Source of the DNA: Antedon mediterranea
Taxonomy: Eukaryota > Animalia > Echinodermata
DNA length: 64,000 nt
Assembly: GCF_964355755.1 (NCBI RefSeq)
Contig: NC_092670.1
Coordinates: 20,942,795-21,006,794, forward strand
Direction of reading: 5' to 3'
The position numbers and the translations under genes were made by a program. Of the stretch, positions 26,501-39,285 are shown in pieces (position 1 is the first letter of the stretch; every line of letters begins with the position of its first letter). The notes beneath the pieces were generated by a model. The model was not told the origin of the DNA, searched no databases, and was given only the letters and a program-made list of their open reading frames with translations.

Positions 26501-27587
26501 ACCTCTGGCCACTGCATATTCTCCATCTGGGTGGGCCATCTTTGCGAACGCAAACGGAGCGACGACAACGGGAAAGTCTATGTCGCATCCCAGTACTCTC
26601 TGCTTTGTGTTGATCGTCGATATATCACGCATGTGCCGCGGCCTTAATTTATATCTGAAAAAGTAAAACTTTTAACTAATCTTTATCGGCTATAAATGCT
26701 GTCATTTCTCATTTCTTTATTTGTTTCATTCCACAACAAACATTACATAATAAAATCAAACTTTACCGCTCGTCTGTGTATATTGAAAAAAAAATGTCTT
26801 CGATTCGGTCATTGACGGTTGAATATTGAATAAAATGCAAATTATCTCCTGTACAACCTGCTCTTAAAAGTTGGTTTATATTATTTTGGTGTATTCTTTG
26901 AGAACGGCAATAATTCGGCGTAGTTTTTCATACTCTTCACACATGCCTTTTCATAAGTCTTTGGCGTTTATACAAAGAGGGTAATTTATATGAAATCGAT
27001 TATTAATGATTTAATAGCAAAGCAATCTAACAACAGGGTGCTCTTCGGAGATCAAAGGGTTTATCTGTGGCTGCGACACGATCAGTAGACAGTACTGTTT
27101 GCATTTGTCGCAGCCATACAATCAAAGACTAGAGATATCTTAGTTTTAAATAGAGATTTTTCTATTAATAGATATCTTTATAGTTTAAAACTAAGATATC
27201 TATATTTCCGAATAAAATGACAGCTTGCCGCGCCATAAATTACTGTTACGCGTTCCAATCTTGGCAAGGAAAGCTCAGTGTCCTTTTGCCTTAATCTTAT
27301 ATCTACCAAATTTAAACTTCATTCTTGCATAAAAGAAGCAGGTGAGCTCGTCTCCGGCCAAGCGTGGAAAGCCATTTGTTCGTTAACCCTACCACCAGCA
27401 ATTCGGTATTCAAATAATATTGCCATTTTTACCTCGAAAAGGCTGCAAGATTATCACGTAACGTCTCTGTTCCTTCCGTTCCTCCGTTGAAATAGCCAAG
27501 TGCTGCGGTGTCAGTTATTTTCAATTCCGCTTGTTTTTCGTAGTCGGCAACAGAGTAACATTTTACCCGAGTTTTATCCATCGTCAT
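20532..27587 (-). CDS. HAO1: FMN-dependent 2-hydroxyacid oxidase, paralog B (tandem duplicate), peroxisomal
   Basis: Exons 27587-27433, 26654-26503, 26124-25863, 25599-25478, 21299-21208, 21040-20879, 20795-20726, 20596-20532; same intron positions as paralog A, open frame, C-terminal SRL. Confidence 0.92.
21432..25316. mobile_element. 3.9-kb non-autonomous TTAA-specific DNA transposon (Kolobok-like) with long imperfect TIRs
   Basis: TTAA-GAGCCATTGTCTGTAA ... TTACAGACAATGGCTC-TTAA; inverted similarity extends about 500 bp; internal degenerate repeats at 22.3-23.9 kb; no transposase ORF. Confidence 0.85.
23171..23703. mobile_element. Tc1/mariner-type MITE nested in the Kolobok-like element
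   Basis: TA-CAGTTGAACCTCCCGTAAGTGGCCACC left end; GGGAGGTGGCCGCTG-TA right end; internal inverted CTTACGGGAGGTT. Confidence 0.65.
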
Positions 27588-27985
27588 ATACAATACGAAA
27601 GAATAATAGGTCTCTGTGTATTGTTAAACGACGCCTGGACTTCAGTCCTACACTGATACCATGGATCGAGAATACAGTAGTCAGTACCAGTGACAGCGAA
27701 TCCGCTCACAACGTGGGGGCGCGCAAACATCAAATTTTGTTATGCATTTCCGTGTTATTAGTCGCGTGGACGCGACTCTTTAGTTCACTATGTCGTTCGG
27801 TCGGTCTGTCTGTCGGTCCGGTATCACTATGCGTTTTAGCACGCGACTTATGGCTGTTGGCCTTGTTTACTGATCGGATCACATGTCAGGGAATAGAAAA
27901 GCGTCTGTAGGCCTATAATATCATAACGTTTTAGCATTATTGTCTAAACAATCTGAATATTCTAATAAACGCTGAATTTTAAAAA

Positions 27986-29360
27986 CTAGATGGTACGCTC
28001 GCTTCGCTCGCGTACCATCTAGGTCGTGCCCACAGATGGTTCTCGAATACATAATAATTTCAGCTTAAAAAACTGGCGATTTCAAATGTACGTACCGCAG
28101 GCTGTACAGGAACGAATAAATAGACACTGTGATTTATGTACTCAACTAAAATTAGCACCATGGGAATTACTTCCGAAAGAGAAGCTTGTCACAAAATGAG
28201 ACCAATTTTAAGTCAAATTTAAACAAACTTAATTTGTGTTTTGTATGTAACATTAGGGTTGAGGGATGCGGAAGAGGATGGGTGCAAAAAGGAACAATTT
28301 TTAAATATATTCTTTATCCATTTAGTAACGAAATATTAATTGAACTTATTCAACCTTATGTTCCTAAGCGGTCTCTGATGAGATCTAGATCTGAGTCTCT
28401 TCTTGCCCATATATTTCATCCTTCCACTAAGTTTAATGAAAACCACCTCTATTCGGGGAAAATCATAAATTCGATTTAATCGTCAATAAGTATTAAATTA
28501 TCTAACTCGACTTAATTAGTAGGCCTAATGGTTTTCAATTGTTTCTTAGAGCCAATTCATGCTTAAGTTGGTTCCTACCCTACCCACCAAAGTTGTTCTG
28601 CGTTTAGGGCATGTGATGTAGGCTACCGTAGGCCTATCCTCTACTGGTTTTACAACGCTACTAATGCCAGTGAGGGAAGGGTGATGATGTGGGTGGTTTA
28701 ACTGCAATAATAAAGATTTATACATAATATACGGCAAGTGAAAACGCTAGCTCTTTATCCGTTTAAAAAAATGTCTATTATATCCAACCTCTGCATGCAG
28801 CACAGATTGAAAAAAAAATGGATCGAATTTCTGTTATGAGTATACAGTACTTGCCTACGACGCCTGAGGGAATAGACACTTGTGGAACAGAGATTGGAAT
28901 GTTCCATTCATCGCAAATCAATACATTTGTATAAACGTATATTAAATCTATCAAAATAGTATTTTTTAAAGAAAATCGGCCTGTCTTCAACATTATGATG
29001 CTGTACTCTAGCTGTTCAACCGGTTTTCAGCTATTAAAAACAATTATCGTAGGAGGAGATAGGAAAATGCGAAGCCTCCTCGCATTTTTGTGGCGGGTAT
29101 TTTTCAAGATGGACATCCATTAGACAGTGTATACCACGATCGGAAAACACCCCTATTTGGGGCAAATCGTTGAACCTAAATTCGTTTTAATCGTCAATAA
29201 CTAATTATCTAACTTAATTTAATTAGTAAACAGGGTTACATCAGGTGGTTAAAATCAGTACCGAAAGTACGAACCAACTTTATATACCATCGAGTAAAAA
29301 TTCTAGAAGTAAGGCGCGATTTACCGAATTTTGCCCTTACGTAAATTTATATATAGAAGA
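27986..29360 (-). mobile_element. Non-autonomous Helitron-like element
   Basis: Minus strand starts TCTTCTATATATAAAT and ends in hairpin CTAGATGGTACGC...GCGTACCATCTAG followed by T; the 5' flank is G rather than the expected A. Confidence 0.65.
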
Positions 29361-32300
29361 CAGTAAATCACCTTTTTTACCCACGGTTTTTAAACCGATT
29401 AAAATTACAGTTTGACTCATGCGTGTAAATAAATATACCAGTACAATACAGTAGTTTCTTTTTGGGAAAGGCTTATTATATGTAGACCCTTTCTCTCGTT
29501 TACTTTCTAAATACAGTACACTAAACAAAAGGGAAATGTGGTAATTCATATTTAAAAGTATATTATTACATAATTCTGTCCGTTATTAATTATGTTAACT
29601 CCGCCTTTTTTAGGAAAAAAATAAATGGTTTTGCTTTATATAAGTGCCGATGCTGTATATTTGTTTGTTTTGTTGCTTTTTTTATGTTAGGCTAATTTTA
29701 TCAAATATGTTTGGTGTAATAATAAAGAATGATTAGTAGGCCCTATGGCGAGCTATCGTAATGAATTTAAATTCCCACGCGACATACCAATCCATTACAG
29801 TTAGTAGTAAGCTTACTATTAATTATATACTATTATGTATATTGTTAATATTATTCCTATACTAATAATAGTGATAATAATAATGGCTAGTCAAATACAA
29901 CAGTTAAAAAGCAATGACAACTTTAACAATATTTATAAAGCAATCGTTTATTCTGAAAATAATGCAATTTGATTTTAACAAAGTTGAAACCAAAATAAGC
30001 CATAAAATAAAATAATAAAACACACAACACTGTGGAAAATAATTACAGTATTAACTATAATTACATATATTAACTAAATTTTATGAATCATTACATTTTA
30101 TTCCTAAAAAAAAATCAGAAATCACGGGGGAAAATACAGTATACGTAAGACGAGTGAAGGCTTCTTAGCGATGATGTACAGTACATACATTTGTCTACAG
30201 TAACAATATTTATAGGTAAATCAGGTTAAGACACTGTAAAGTTACCGTTATGAAAGCAATTCGATCAACCCGTTAGTACAGTATCAATCCTTGACAATTT
30301 TATTTTATTAGAATTTAAATTAACTGTCAAAATAAAGAGCTAAAAATATCCTAATTGTATTTATTAATGACTAGAATACATACTACATTTTATATACTAT
30401 TTATGGACCGAATAAATTTGTCTGAGATAAAAAGTATTATATCATCCACAACTAATTCAACAGTTAGATTCTGTGTGCAAACATAGACACAGACAACGTG
30501 TACTAGACCTACATAATATACACCAATAATGGTACAATATCCCATATGATATATTTAACATATTACCAATGCTTAACATGTATATAAACACACATACAGT
30601 AACAGACATTAATATACCAGATATATCTAGAAACAACATTATTTTTCTATTACATTTACAGTATTAATGCATATGATCTATCTATGGTTATTAAATATGA
30701 AGTTATTGCTGTAGAATAAAATGTTTCCTAATTTCTACGATGTTAGAAAACGAAATTGCTTATACTGTATAGGCCATCTAACATTTGAACTTTGACATTT
30801 AATGAGTGAATTTTGATATATAATGGGAGAACTTTATTCAAAATGATATTCAGAGGCTTGTGAAATGTAAACAATAATCAAAATAATGTACATTGTTTCA
30901 TTTTAATTTGTTTAGGGTTGTTTTATGTCGTAACTAAGTTTTTTCTTTAATATTTTTAAAAATTTCAAATTAAGAAAAAATAGACAATTATTTGCAATAG
31001 GACAAGGTAACGAATGATATGTAAATGTATTAATTGTGCTCCCATTCAAATGAGTTTATTAAGTATAAATTCTGGCTACAATTAGGCTGTAGAGCACCTA
31101 TTCCTTTCCGATTACTGTATACAGTTCCAAAAGTAATAAGTCATTAAAGTGATTCAACATAAATTAACTTTATTTAATTTGAGCAAAATGGAATGCAACA
31201 CCTACCAAGAACAAAATTACATTGAATCATTTAATGGGAAAACAAATTACTGAAAATTCATTCTGCTGGAGTAAGTTGTAATGTATTTATCTGTAAATAC
31301 CAATGTTTCCTGTATTTACCATCTATCTTAGAAAATTTTTGTTTCACCTCGCTGAAACGATTTATTTTAATTGAAAACATTTGGTTTCATTTTAAAGGGT
31401 TTTTTTCACAAGGATAGCACAACATTAAATTGATTTTTATTACGAGTGTGGTTTTAAAACTAAATCTAACCTGTTATTCTTCATTGACAATATTTACTGA
31501 AAAGTTTTTAAAGCAATTTAACCGGAATTTGTATAGCACATACTAGAGTAAATCATTGATTCACCTGTTAACTGAAATATCGTCCAATTTATAACTTCAG
31601 AATACATACAGCTCCGTTTCAATACCGGTTCCGAGGATTTTGAAAGTTGCAATATTCCATTTTGTCATCTCTGTAAATAATTCTGCAATTTAAACACACA
31701 AGAAAGATATAGATGACAAAGTTTTCAAGACAAATTTTATATATAGTTTTTGCAATTATTATTATTAAGTATTTTACCAAGAAAATCGGTTGAAGAAAAA
31801 ATATAATAATACTGTAATAATGTCATCATCCCATTCAAATTTATTTTTAATTTTTTTAAATTTCATCATTATTCAAAATTAAAAAAAAAACAACATATAA
31901 TAGCGTATTGCAATGGATGCTTTAGTAAAATGCGACATATTTTGAAACACTTTTTATGATTAAAAAAATCCTTATACAATCCTTTTTTTTTTTTGCTCAA
32001 AAGTATATTAATAATTAATAAGAATTGACAATGTATACTGATTAGTTATTTGTAAGTTACAAGAACAAATCTGTATAAATGCATAACTTTTATGAACAAA
32101 TAAAATTATTTTGTTTGTGATGACAGCTTATTTCTATTTTTCAAAAAAATATATAACTAATTGTATTGTACATTCTGGCAACTTAATTGACCTCTAACCT
32201 TTATAAAGGCAAGAAGCATAATATTGAGAAGTGGACATTTTTATGTCGTGTATGTATCGCTGAACTCTGCCATAATCTCTTGCAATCCACAGAACTTGTA

Positions 32301-32823
32301 GAAATAATTAAATCTAGGAAGAATGGCAATTGGAAATGCCTTTTGTAAAAGATAAACAACCTGAAACAAAACTTTTCCATTAGAAAACAAGAGATACGCA
32401 ATCAACAGCATCCATCTCAGTTGCTCCCGTCCATTTCCAGGAAAGTAACGTGGCCCGTTTATGGAAACACATAATACCTACTGCCGAACTTTAAATTGAA
32501 AATTAAAATGGAACTATTGCCAACTTAACATGCAAGGCAAATTTGATTTTATAAAAGAGTAAAGAAATGTAAAGATGTCATACAGTTTTCCTGATGTAGG
32601 TCAAATTGAGAACAATAAAGGAAGGTAGCAAAGCTATTACATTTTAATCTGAATAGATTTGTTTTTGGCTAGGATGAGTGCGAGGACCAGATCTATTTGA
32701 ATCCATTGTGGTGTGTCAGAAAGCTTAAAAGAGTAATTCCCGACCTTGAGAGAGACTTCATCCCAACCAAAATACATTAATTTAGCATCGAACTCTCAGT
32801 CTCAGATACTAAATTTCTATACT

Positions 32824-33011
32824 ACAGTAAACTCTTCCAATACCGGACTCCGTCAAAACCGAAAACTCTCTCAAAACCAGACTTTTCTTTAGGCCCAAAA
32901 GGTCCCAAATTTGTTTTTACCATAAAAAACACATTCCGAATACTAGACTTTTCAGAAAATCAGACATATTGGGCCAGTCCAAAAGGTGTCCAGTATTGGG
33001 AGAGTTGACTG
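32824..33011. mobile_element. Tc1/mariner-type MITE
   Basis: CAGTAAACTCTTCCAATACCGGAC ... GTCCAGTATTGGGAGAGTTGACTG inverted ends. Confidence 0.7.
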
Positions 33012-33932
33012 TGTATTTGTGGTCTGGAAGCTTAGGTTGGAAAACACTTGTTTTTCATGCAGTTGAGAAGAAAATGTGATGTATTCTTAATAAACAATCG
33101 CCATGCAGCCTTTATCATCATATACAGCACAGCTGCGTAGAAATGCATACAGTATATATGTATATATATCAACCTTTTAATGTAAAAAAGAAATGTACCA
33201 ATTTATGTAAACTCAAGGATTAAGTCAACAAGAGTTGTTGGTTACAAAGCTGGCCATGGACTCTCATGCACACACACACTCAAAATAGGAAACGCTTAAC
33301 CTGTTGGTACTGTACAGGCATTATATACCACGTCAGCAAAACCGACCTGTGTAAAAAATGCTTTTTGTAGGTGGGATATTTTTCTCTTAATTATGCAATG
33401 TTTTAATAGATAAGTATATAAATAGACCAACTTTCACTTGCCTGAGAGGCATACCTTAAATTATGTGTGATCTCCTGTCTCAACTGGTTCTAAAACAATA
33501 GTGTGTTTATACGTCCAGCTGGTGTCATGACAACCGCACTTACGAGGGCGCTTACCGTCTCTTCAACAACCGCCTTATGCAATATTTCAGCATGTGACAA
33601 TTAGACATATGCAATAACAGTGATCTTACAATTTATCTTATTTATCTCTACTACAATATTATTCAATTATAGTTATCTAAGAGATTTTCTTATCAAAATA
33701 TTTAAAAAAAATGTATAATTAACAACAAAAAACATAATTTTGGAAATCTGTAAGCCAAATTTGTAATAATTAAAAATTTTTTAATATTACATAGTTTTTA
33801 AATTTCTGTCTTTTAATAAACATCTATATTTAGTATTTACGATCAAAACTCTATTCTTTTCATACTTTCTTCAAATTTGTAGCCATTCTTGTTGCTGGTC
33901 CCACCTAATATCTACACAATCCACTCACCTTA

Positions 33933-36900
33933 TTAAGCAACATTTTGCTCAACTTTTTCCATTTCTTCTAAGCTAGGCTTAGATTCCAGTGGCTCTGGAA
34001 CAACTGTCTGGTCCTCAACAGGCTCACAGCTGATTGGCTCATCTGGAACCTGCTCTGTTTTGATTTGTTCCATTTCAATAGCATCAGATTCCTTTACCTC
34101 CCTGTTGCCATCTGTAGAAGACACTTCTCCATATTGATGAGGCTCTGATGCTGCTGTTTCCATTTCTTCTGTATTTTCTTCTTTAATTTCTGAAAACAAA
34201 TTCAATTAGTTTTTAAGTCACAGGGTCAGAAATCATCTGTTTTAGAAGAAAAAACTGTTGTGAAGATAAATTGTACATACTGTACAGGCCTTGTCTTTTA
34301 AAAATTATAGGTGTGCTACAAATTGCACTCCTCAATACATTCAGGGGTGATGTAAGTGTTTAACAAATTTAAGTCATAAATCACACACCTTAAGGGCAGT
34401 TTAGGAGTGCCTTAGGCGAGTGATCGTACTCGCTCGCTTTAAAAGACAAGGCCTGTACATAGACACACAGGCACAACTGTAATAATGTCCATTCCAAAGG
34501 ATGACAATAAACTAATCTAATCCTGCCCATTCTACACTATTCATAATTCAATTTTCCTATACTTTTAATCAGAAACTCACTTTCTTGTTGCTCAGCTGAA
34601 GCTTCTTCCTTTTTCTCTCCATCTGACGGCTTCTTTTCTCTACTACGTTCTCTATCACGATCAGTTCTCTCACTGCTCTTTTTTCGTTCATGACTTTTTG
34701 AGCGACGTCTATCTCTAGAGCGTGAACGCGAATATTTTCTGCTGCGAGAACCCGATCTTGATCTTCGCTTATCTCTGCTTCGTGAGCGCGACCGCCTTCT
34801 ACGATCTCGACTACGACTCTTTCTGCGCCTAAAAGTAATAGATAATAAAAATATCATATCCAGTAATTTAGTTTAATTTAAAAGTACTGTATTTAGTATA
34901 ATTTTTTTAATGTATAATACCTGTCCCTGTCTCTATCCCTGTCTCGGCTTTTGCTTCGACGTCTTCGGTCACGGCTCCTCGACCGTCTCCTGTCACGAGA
35001 TCTACTCCTGCGACGACGATCCCTTGACCTAGATCGTGACCTTCTGTCTTTTCGCTCTTTCTCTTTTTTTTTCCGTCTTTCCTCTCTTTCTTTCTCACGT
35101 TCCTCTCTTTCTTTCTCACGTTCCTTTTCCCTTTCTTCTCGCCTTTTTTGACGTTCTTCTTTTTCTTTCTCCCTTTCCTTTTCACGTTCCTCACGTTCTT
35201 TTGCCCGTTTAGCTTCCAGCTCCTCTATTGGACGTCTTTGTTCTTTCTACAACACACAACATGATAAAGCATTATAAATCAAAAAGATTCATCTCATACC
35301 TTCAAACAAATAATAAATGTATATGCAATACAGTGCTAAACAATACTAATAATTGATATTTATTAAATAATAATAATTGACATTACAATACCTTAATTTC
35401 ATCAATGGTGGCTTTAATCTTGGCATAACCCATGTGTTGTTTTCCCATCAAGTGTTCATCTACTCTTGACTTGGCATCTCCTATAATAAGGAAGGCCGCA
35501 CACACCTGGCATACCTCCATCTGCTTCTCTTGTGAAGCTATAGACTCGACAGACTGAAATTGCAAGGGAATTGATATTACAATACTAAGACTCAGCACAC
35601 CCAATATTTATAAAAAAAAATTAACAATTTAAATTAACAAATACATTACAAAATAATGTATTGCCATTCTAGGTGTGGAAGAGAGAACTTATTAATTCAA
35701 GTCAGTTTATTTATTCAAATATCAATAGTATATAAGAAATGAATAAATATAAAAAAGGACTAATAATGCATTAACTATCAGTCAGACGGTAACATGATAT
35801 AACAACAAGTAGTGATGATTTTGGCATCGGAAAAACCCAGGCACAGTAGCAAAGTCAGGATTTAAAATCAGGACTGAACTCTGCAAACATTTTAACAACT
35901 AAGTTGAAGTTTCACTAAATTAATCAATTAATACTCCAAATACACATCAATCATTGGACCATTTAAAAAAGTCACCCATTGTTTTTGTCACCCATTGTTT
36001 TTGTCACCCATTCTTAGTTCCATTTGTTGTCACATAGTGTATATGACATTACCGCGAAAGTGGTAAATCGCAAGCAATTATGTACAGTACGCGAAAATAA
36101 TGGCATATACAGTATTCTTTGTCACCCATCCTGTGCAGTAATAACACACTTACTACTCTTAGCTGTTCTCTCTCATCTTTCAGTTGGTCCACTAATTTCA
36201 TAGTGCCCTCTGCTTCCTCTACTTTACCATCGCATCCCAACTGCTCCACTTGTTCCAGTAAGTTGTTAATCTTCTCAGTCAAAAACTTTATCTTCTCTTC
36301 ATTTTTATTCTTTAATGGTGTGTGAAGCTGTCAATCAAATGAGTAAAATAAATGTCATTCTTTAATTATACAGTAAAACCTCTATTAAGGGGACATATTT
36401 AATAGCTACCAAAGTTCCCCCTGAATACATGTTTGTTGTAGTGTTACAGAACTGGTAAACTTCAATCAAAATACATACTGAATTTGATGTGTTGTTCAGA
36501 GCCAGTCTAGAGTGCCCTCTACGGATGCGTCGTTCAACGTCTTGCATGACCTGTTCTAGGCAACTCAGAAACGCATCCTCGTATCCCATTTTTTTAAACC
36601 TGGAACTCTCACGATATCTATATAAAGAAAATAAGTGCCTATTATTATTATAAGGTATATTTGATTGCTTTGGAATTTGGAGTTAGTTTTAAAGCTATCA
36701 CAACAATTAGTTTGGGAGCATAAATATAATAATTTTTTGATATTTTCTTTGTTTGAACTAAGATAAAGTAAAACTAAATTTCTGGATTTTTGCATTACAT
36801 GATTGTGTAAGATTTAATTGAGTAAACAAATAAAATACTTACGCTTTCCGCAATTCCTCATCATGAAGCTTAGTACATGGTCCTGCAAAAAAACATAAAT

Positions 36901-38726
36901 AATTATTAGGAACAATGCAAACCTATAATATATTTCTTTATTTTGTATCTTAGTTTTAACTTTTATTTAAGCAATAATAATATTTATTTATTAAAGGCCT
37001 CGAACCTTATTATGTCAGGTCAGGGCGAATAAAAAGTACTGTATAATAATATTAATAATTATGGTTTGTGATTTATCTAAATATCTTTAAATTAATGAAC
37101 ATTAAAATTACAAAAAAGCTTGAATTATTTATTTGGAATAAAAATAATAATACTTTACCAAGATCTGATCGTGTGTTAATGAAAAGTTCATGAGGACAAT
37201 ACTGTACTAAAAAATGTTTACACACCTGAAAAAAAAGTTATTCCAATTAAATACACAGTAACTAGGCCTAAATCACTAAATTGACATGATTAAGCCTAAA
37301 TCAGTATTGTGGCTATTTTATTGCTCAATTAAGTGTATTTGTATTGTATATATAATTAAATATAGGGCCTGGCCCTAGGCTAGGCCTAGTAGGCTAGCAT
37401 AGTGATATTTTAAACGCGCAATTTGAACGTGAATTTTCTTGCGCACTTCCACAGTATATATGTCCAAAGGAGGCGCTACTGCAGTTTCGCACCACACTGT
37501 TATATCTTCGATTTCTCACCTAAACTTTCCTTTTTCACACTCACAACATAATATTATGTAACATGTTTATACGATTAAACCACTTACGAAGTAATTTTTT
37601 TTAAATAACAATAGTTTTCAAAACATTTTAAACGATATTGAACTCAGTGTCAACACACTGCGAAATGTTCGCCATCTTATATTTAACAATTAATTGCCAG
37701 AATGTATGCTTCATTTTGCCCAAAATTATTAGAAACTATAAAGGGTAGATTATAAAATCCGATTAAACATGTATTTACTTTTGAAATAGAAACCCGAATA
37801 GAAATGTTTTCAGCTGGCGTAATAGGCCTAGGCCCTAGATGTTAAATTAATATTTCATTATTATTATTCATATTAATAGGGCCTATCAAAGAAAATTATC
37901 TTGGTCACTAATCAATACATTCACTAAAACATAAACAAATCATTTTCTATTTTTAATACAGTATATTAACAATAATTATTTGCTATGACGACGATTTTAG
38001 ATATGAGTTTTACATATTGAAATTGAAATATGGTTAATGTTTTTTAAAACTGTGAATTGTTAAAAAAAAATTTAAATGTTATATGTACGGACTCATATCG
38101 TCGCCCTTTTGATATGTACAGCAGGTTCTTTATAAAACCACACTGCAGTTTTAAAATAAAAACCGAAAAATAAAACATACATTGATTTCTGGCAATTTTC
38201 TGATTCTAAAATGGCCACAGTTCGATCGAAGTATTTGCATTTTTTATTGTGATAAATGTAATTTAACGGTGGCTAAATCATGGATGGGAACATGTTACAT
38301 AATAGCCCAAAATTGTATGATGTGAGTGTGAGAAAAAATGTAGGTGAGAAATCGAAGATATAACAGTGTGGTGCGAAACTGCAGTAGCGCCTCCAAACAA
38401 AGGCTATGTATTTTGTATGTAGGCCTAGACTAGCCTCTGACTATACTATTACTAGCCTAGGCTAGGTTAGTAGAGAGTCTCTAGGCCTACTAGGCCTCAC
38501 AGGCTCAGTCTCTCAGTGTGACTTGGTTTTGGATTGAGGTAGCAAAAACAAACGGGGTTTATAAGCTTAAAATACTACTTATCTTGAATTAAAGACACAG
38601 TATACGAACAAATAAATTACTTACATCTTCACTATCCCATCGTATATTTCTATTTGCGTCATCTGGGCGAAGATTTCGATTTCTGCCCATAAGCTCATCA
38701 AGCAAAGCAGCAGCGGCGTGCGCCAT
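33933..38726 (-). CDS. LUC7L3: Luc7-like protein 3 (U1 snRNP-associated splicing factor), 9 coding exons
   Basis: Exons 38726-38625, 37225-37159, 36882-36843, 36617-36479, 36327-36154, 35553-35392, 35246-34921, 34828-34581, 34189-33933; LLDELMGRNRN, ZnF1 VCKHFL..YCPHELF.NTRSDLGPC.K.HD, ZnF2 MEVCQVCAAFL..GDA..RVDEHLMGKQHMGY, RE/RS tail. Confidence 0.96.
34285..34456. mobile_element. Small MITE in the last LUC7L3 coding intron
   Basis: ACAGGCCTTGTCTTTTAAA / TTTAAAAGACAAGGCCTGT inverted repeats. Confidence 0.75.
37469..38394. mobile_element. About 930-bp MITE in LUC7L3 intron 1
   Basis: Perfect >50-bp TIR GGAGGCGCTACTGCAGTTTCGCACCACACTGTTATATCTTCGATTTCTCACCTA, continuing imperfectly to about 95 bp. 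Confidence 0.9.
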
Positions 38727-39285
38727 TTTTATTTGTCTTTACACAAAAAGGCTTTTTTTTTCGGGGGGAAGAAACTATAGAGGGCGCCGTGTGATTATTT
38801 TTCTTGCTGCTCTAAAAACTTCTGGAAAAAAACCATTTCAGGAAAAAAAACATTGCACTCTAATTGCTTCTGTAGTTTTTAATATTAGCTTCTACGATTA
38901 TATAGAAAACTACCAGAGGGCCTATTTATTTTAGTATGCATATTTTCAATTTTTAACATTAAATAGTGTGAAATGCTATGAATACGAGGTTAGAGCCAGG
39001 CCTCCTAGCCTAGGCACCTACCTACACAATTACATCAGGGCACAGGCTGACCCTGCATGCTGTGTGTGGTGTACTGCACCAATAATGGACATCTGGGTCT
39101 ATGTGTCTCTAACCTTTTGCCAAAACGCATCTCTCTTCCCTTCCTTAAGATGATATAGGCCTAATGCTACCTATGTTGCAATAATCTGCAGAATTTTCTA
39201 AAAATATATTTATTAACACAAGTCACAATGTATTTTTTATTGTATTTTCAGGATTTTTTACTATTATTAAGTTTAACCTCTTTAA
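38727..39285. promoter_or_regulatory. Putative bidirectional promoter shared by LUC7L3 and ANKRD40
   Basis: Divergent ATGs 560 bp apart; includes AGAGGGCGC motif at about 38779 and an ANKRD40 5'UTR acceptor near 39251. Confidence 0.65.

Noticed and set aside
34907-35194. Lys-rich ORF and antisense Arg/Ser/Leu ORF
   Set aside because: Off-frame and antisense readings of the LUC7L3 RE/RS exon
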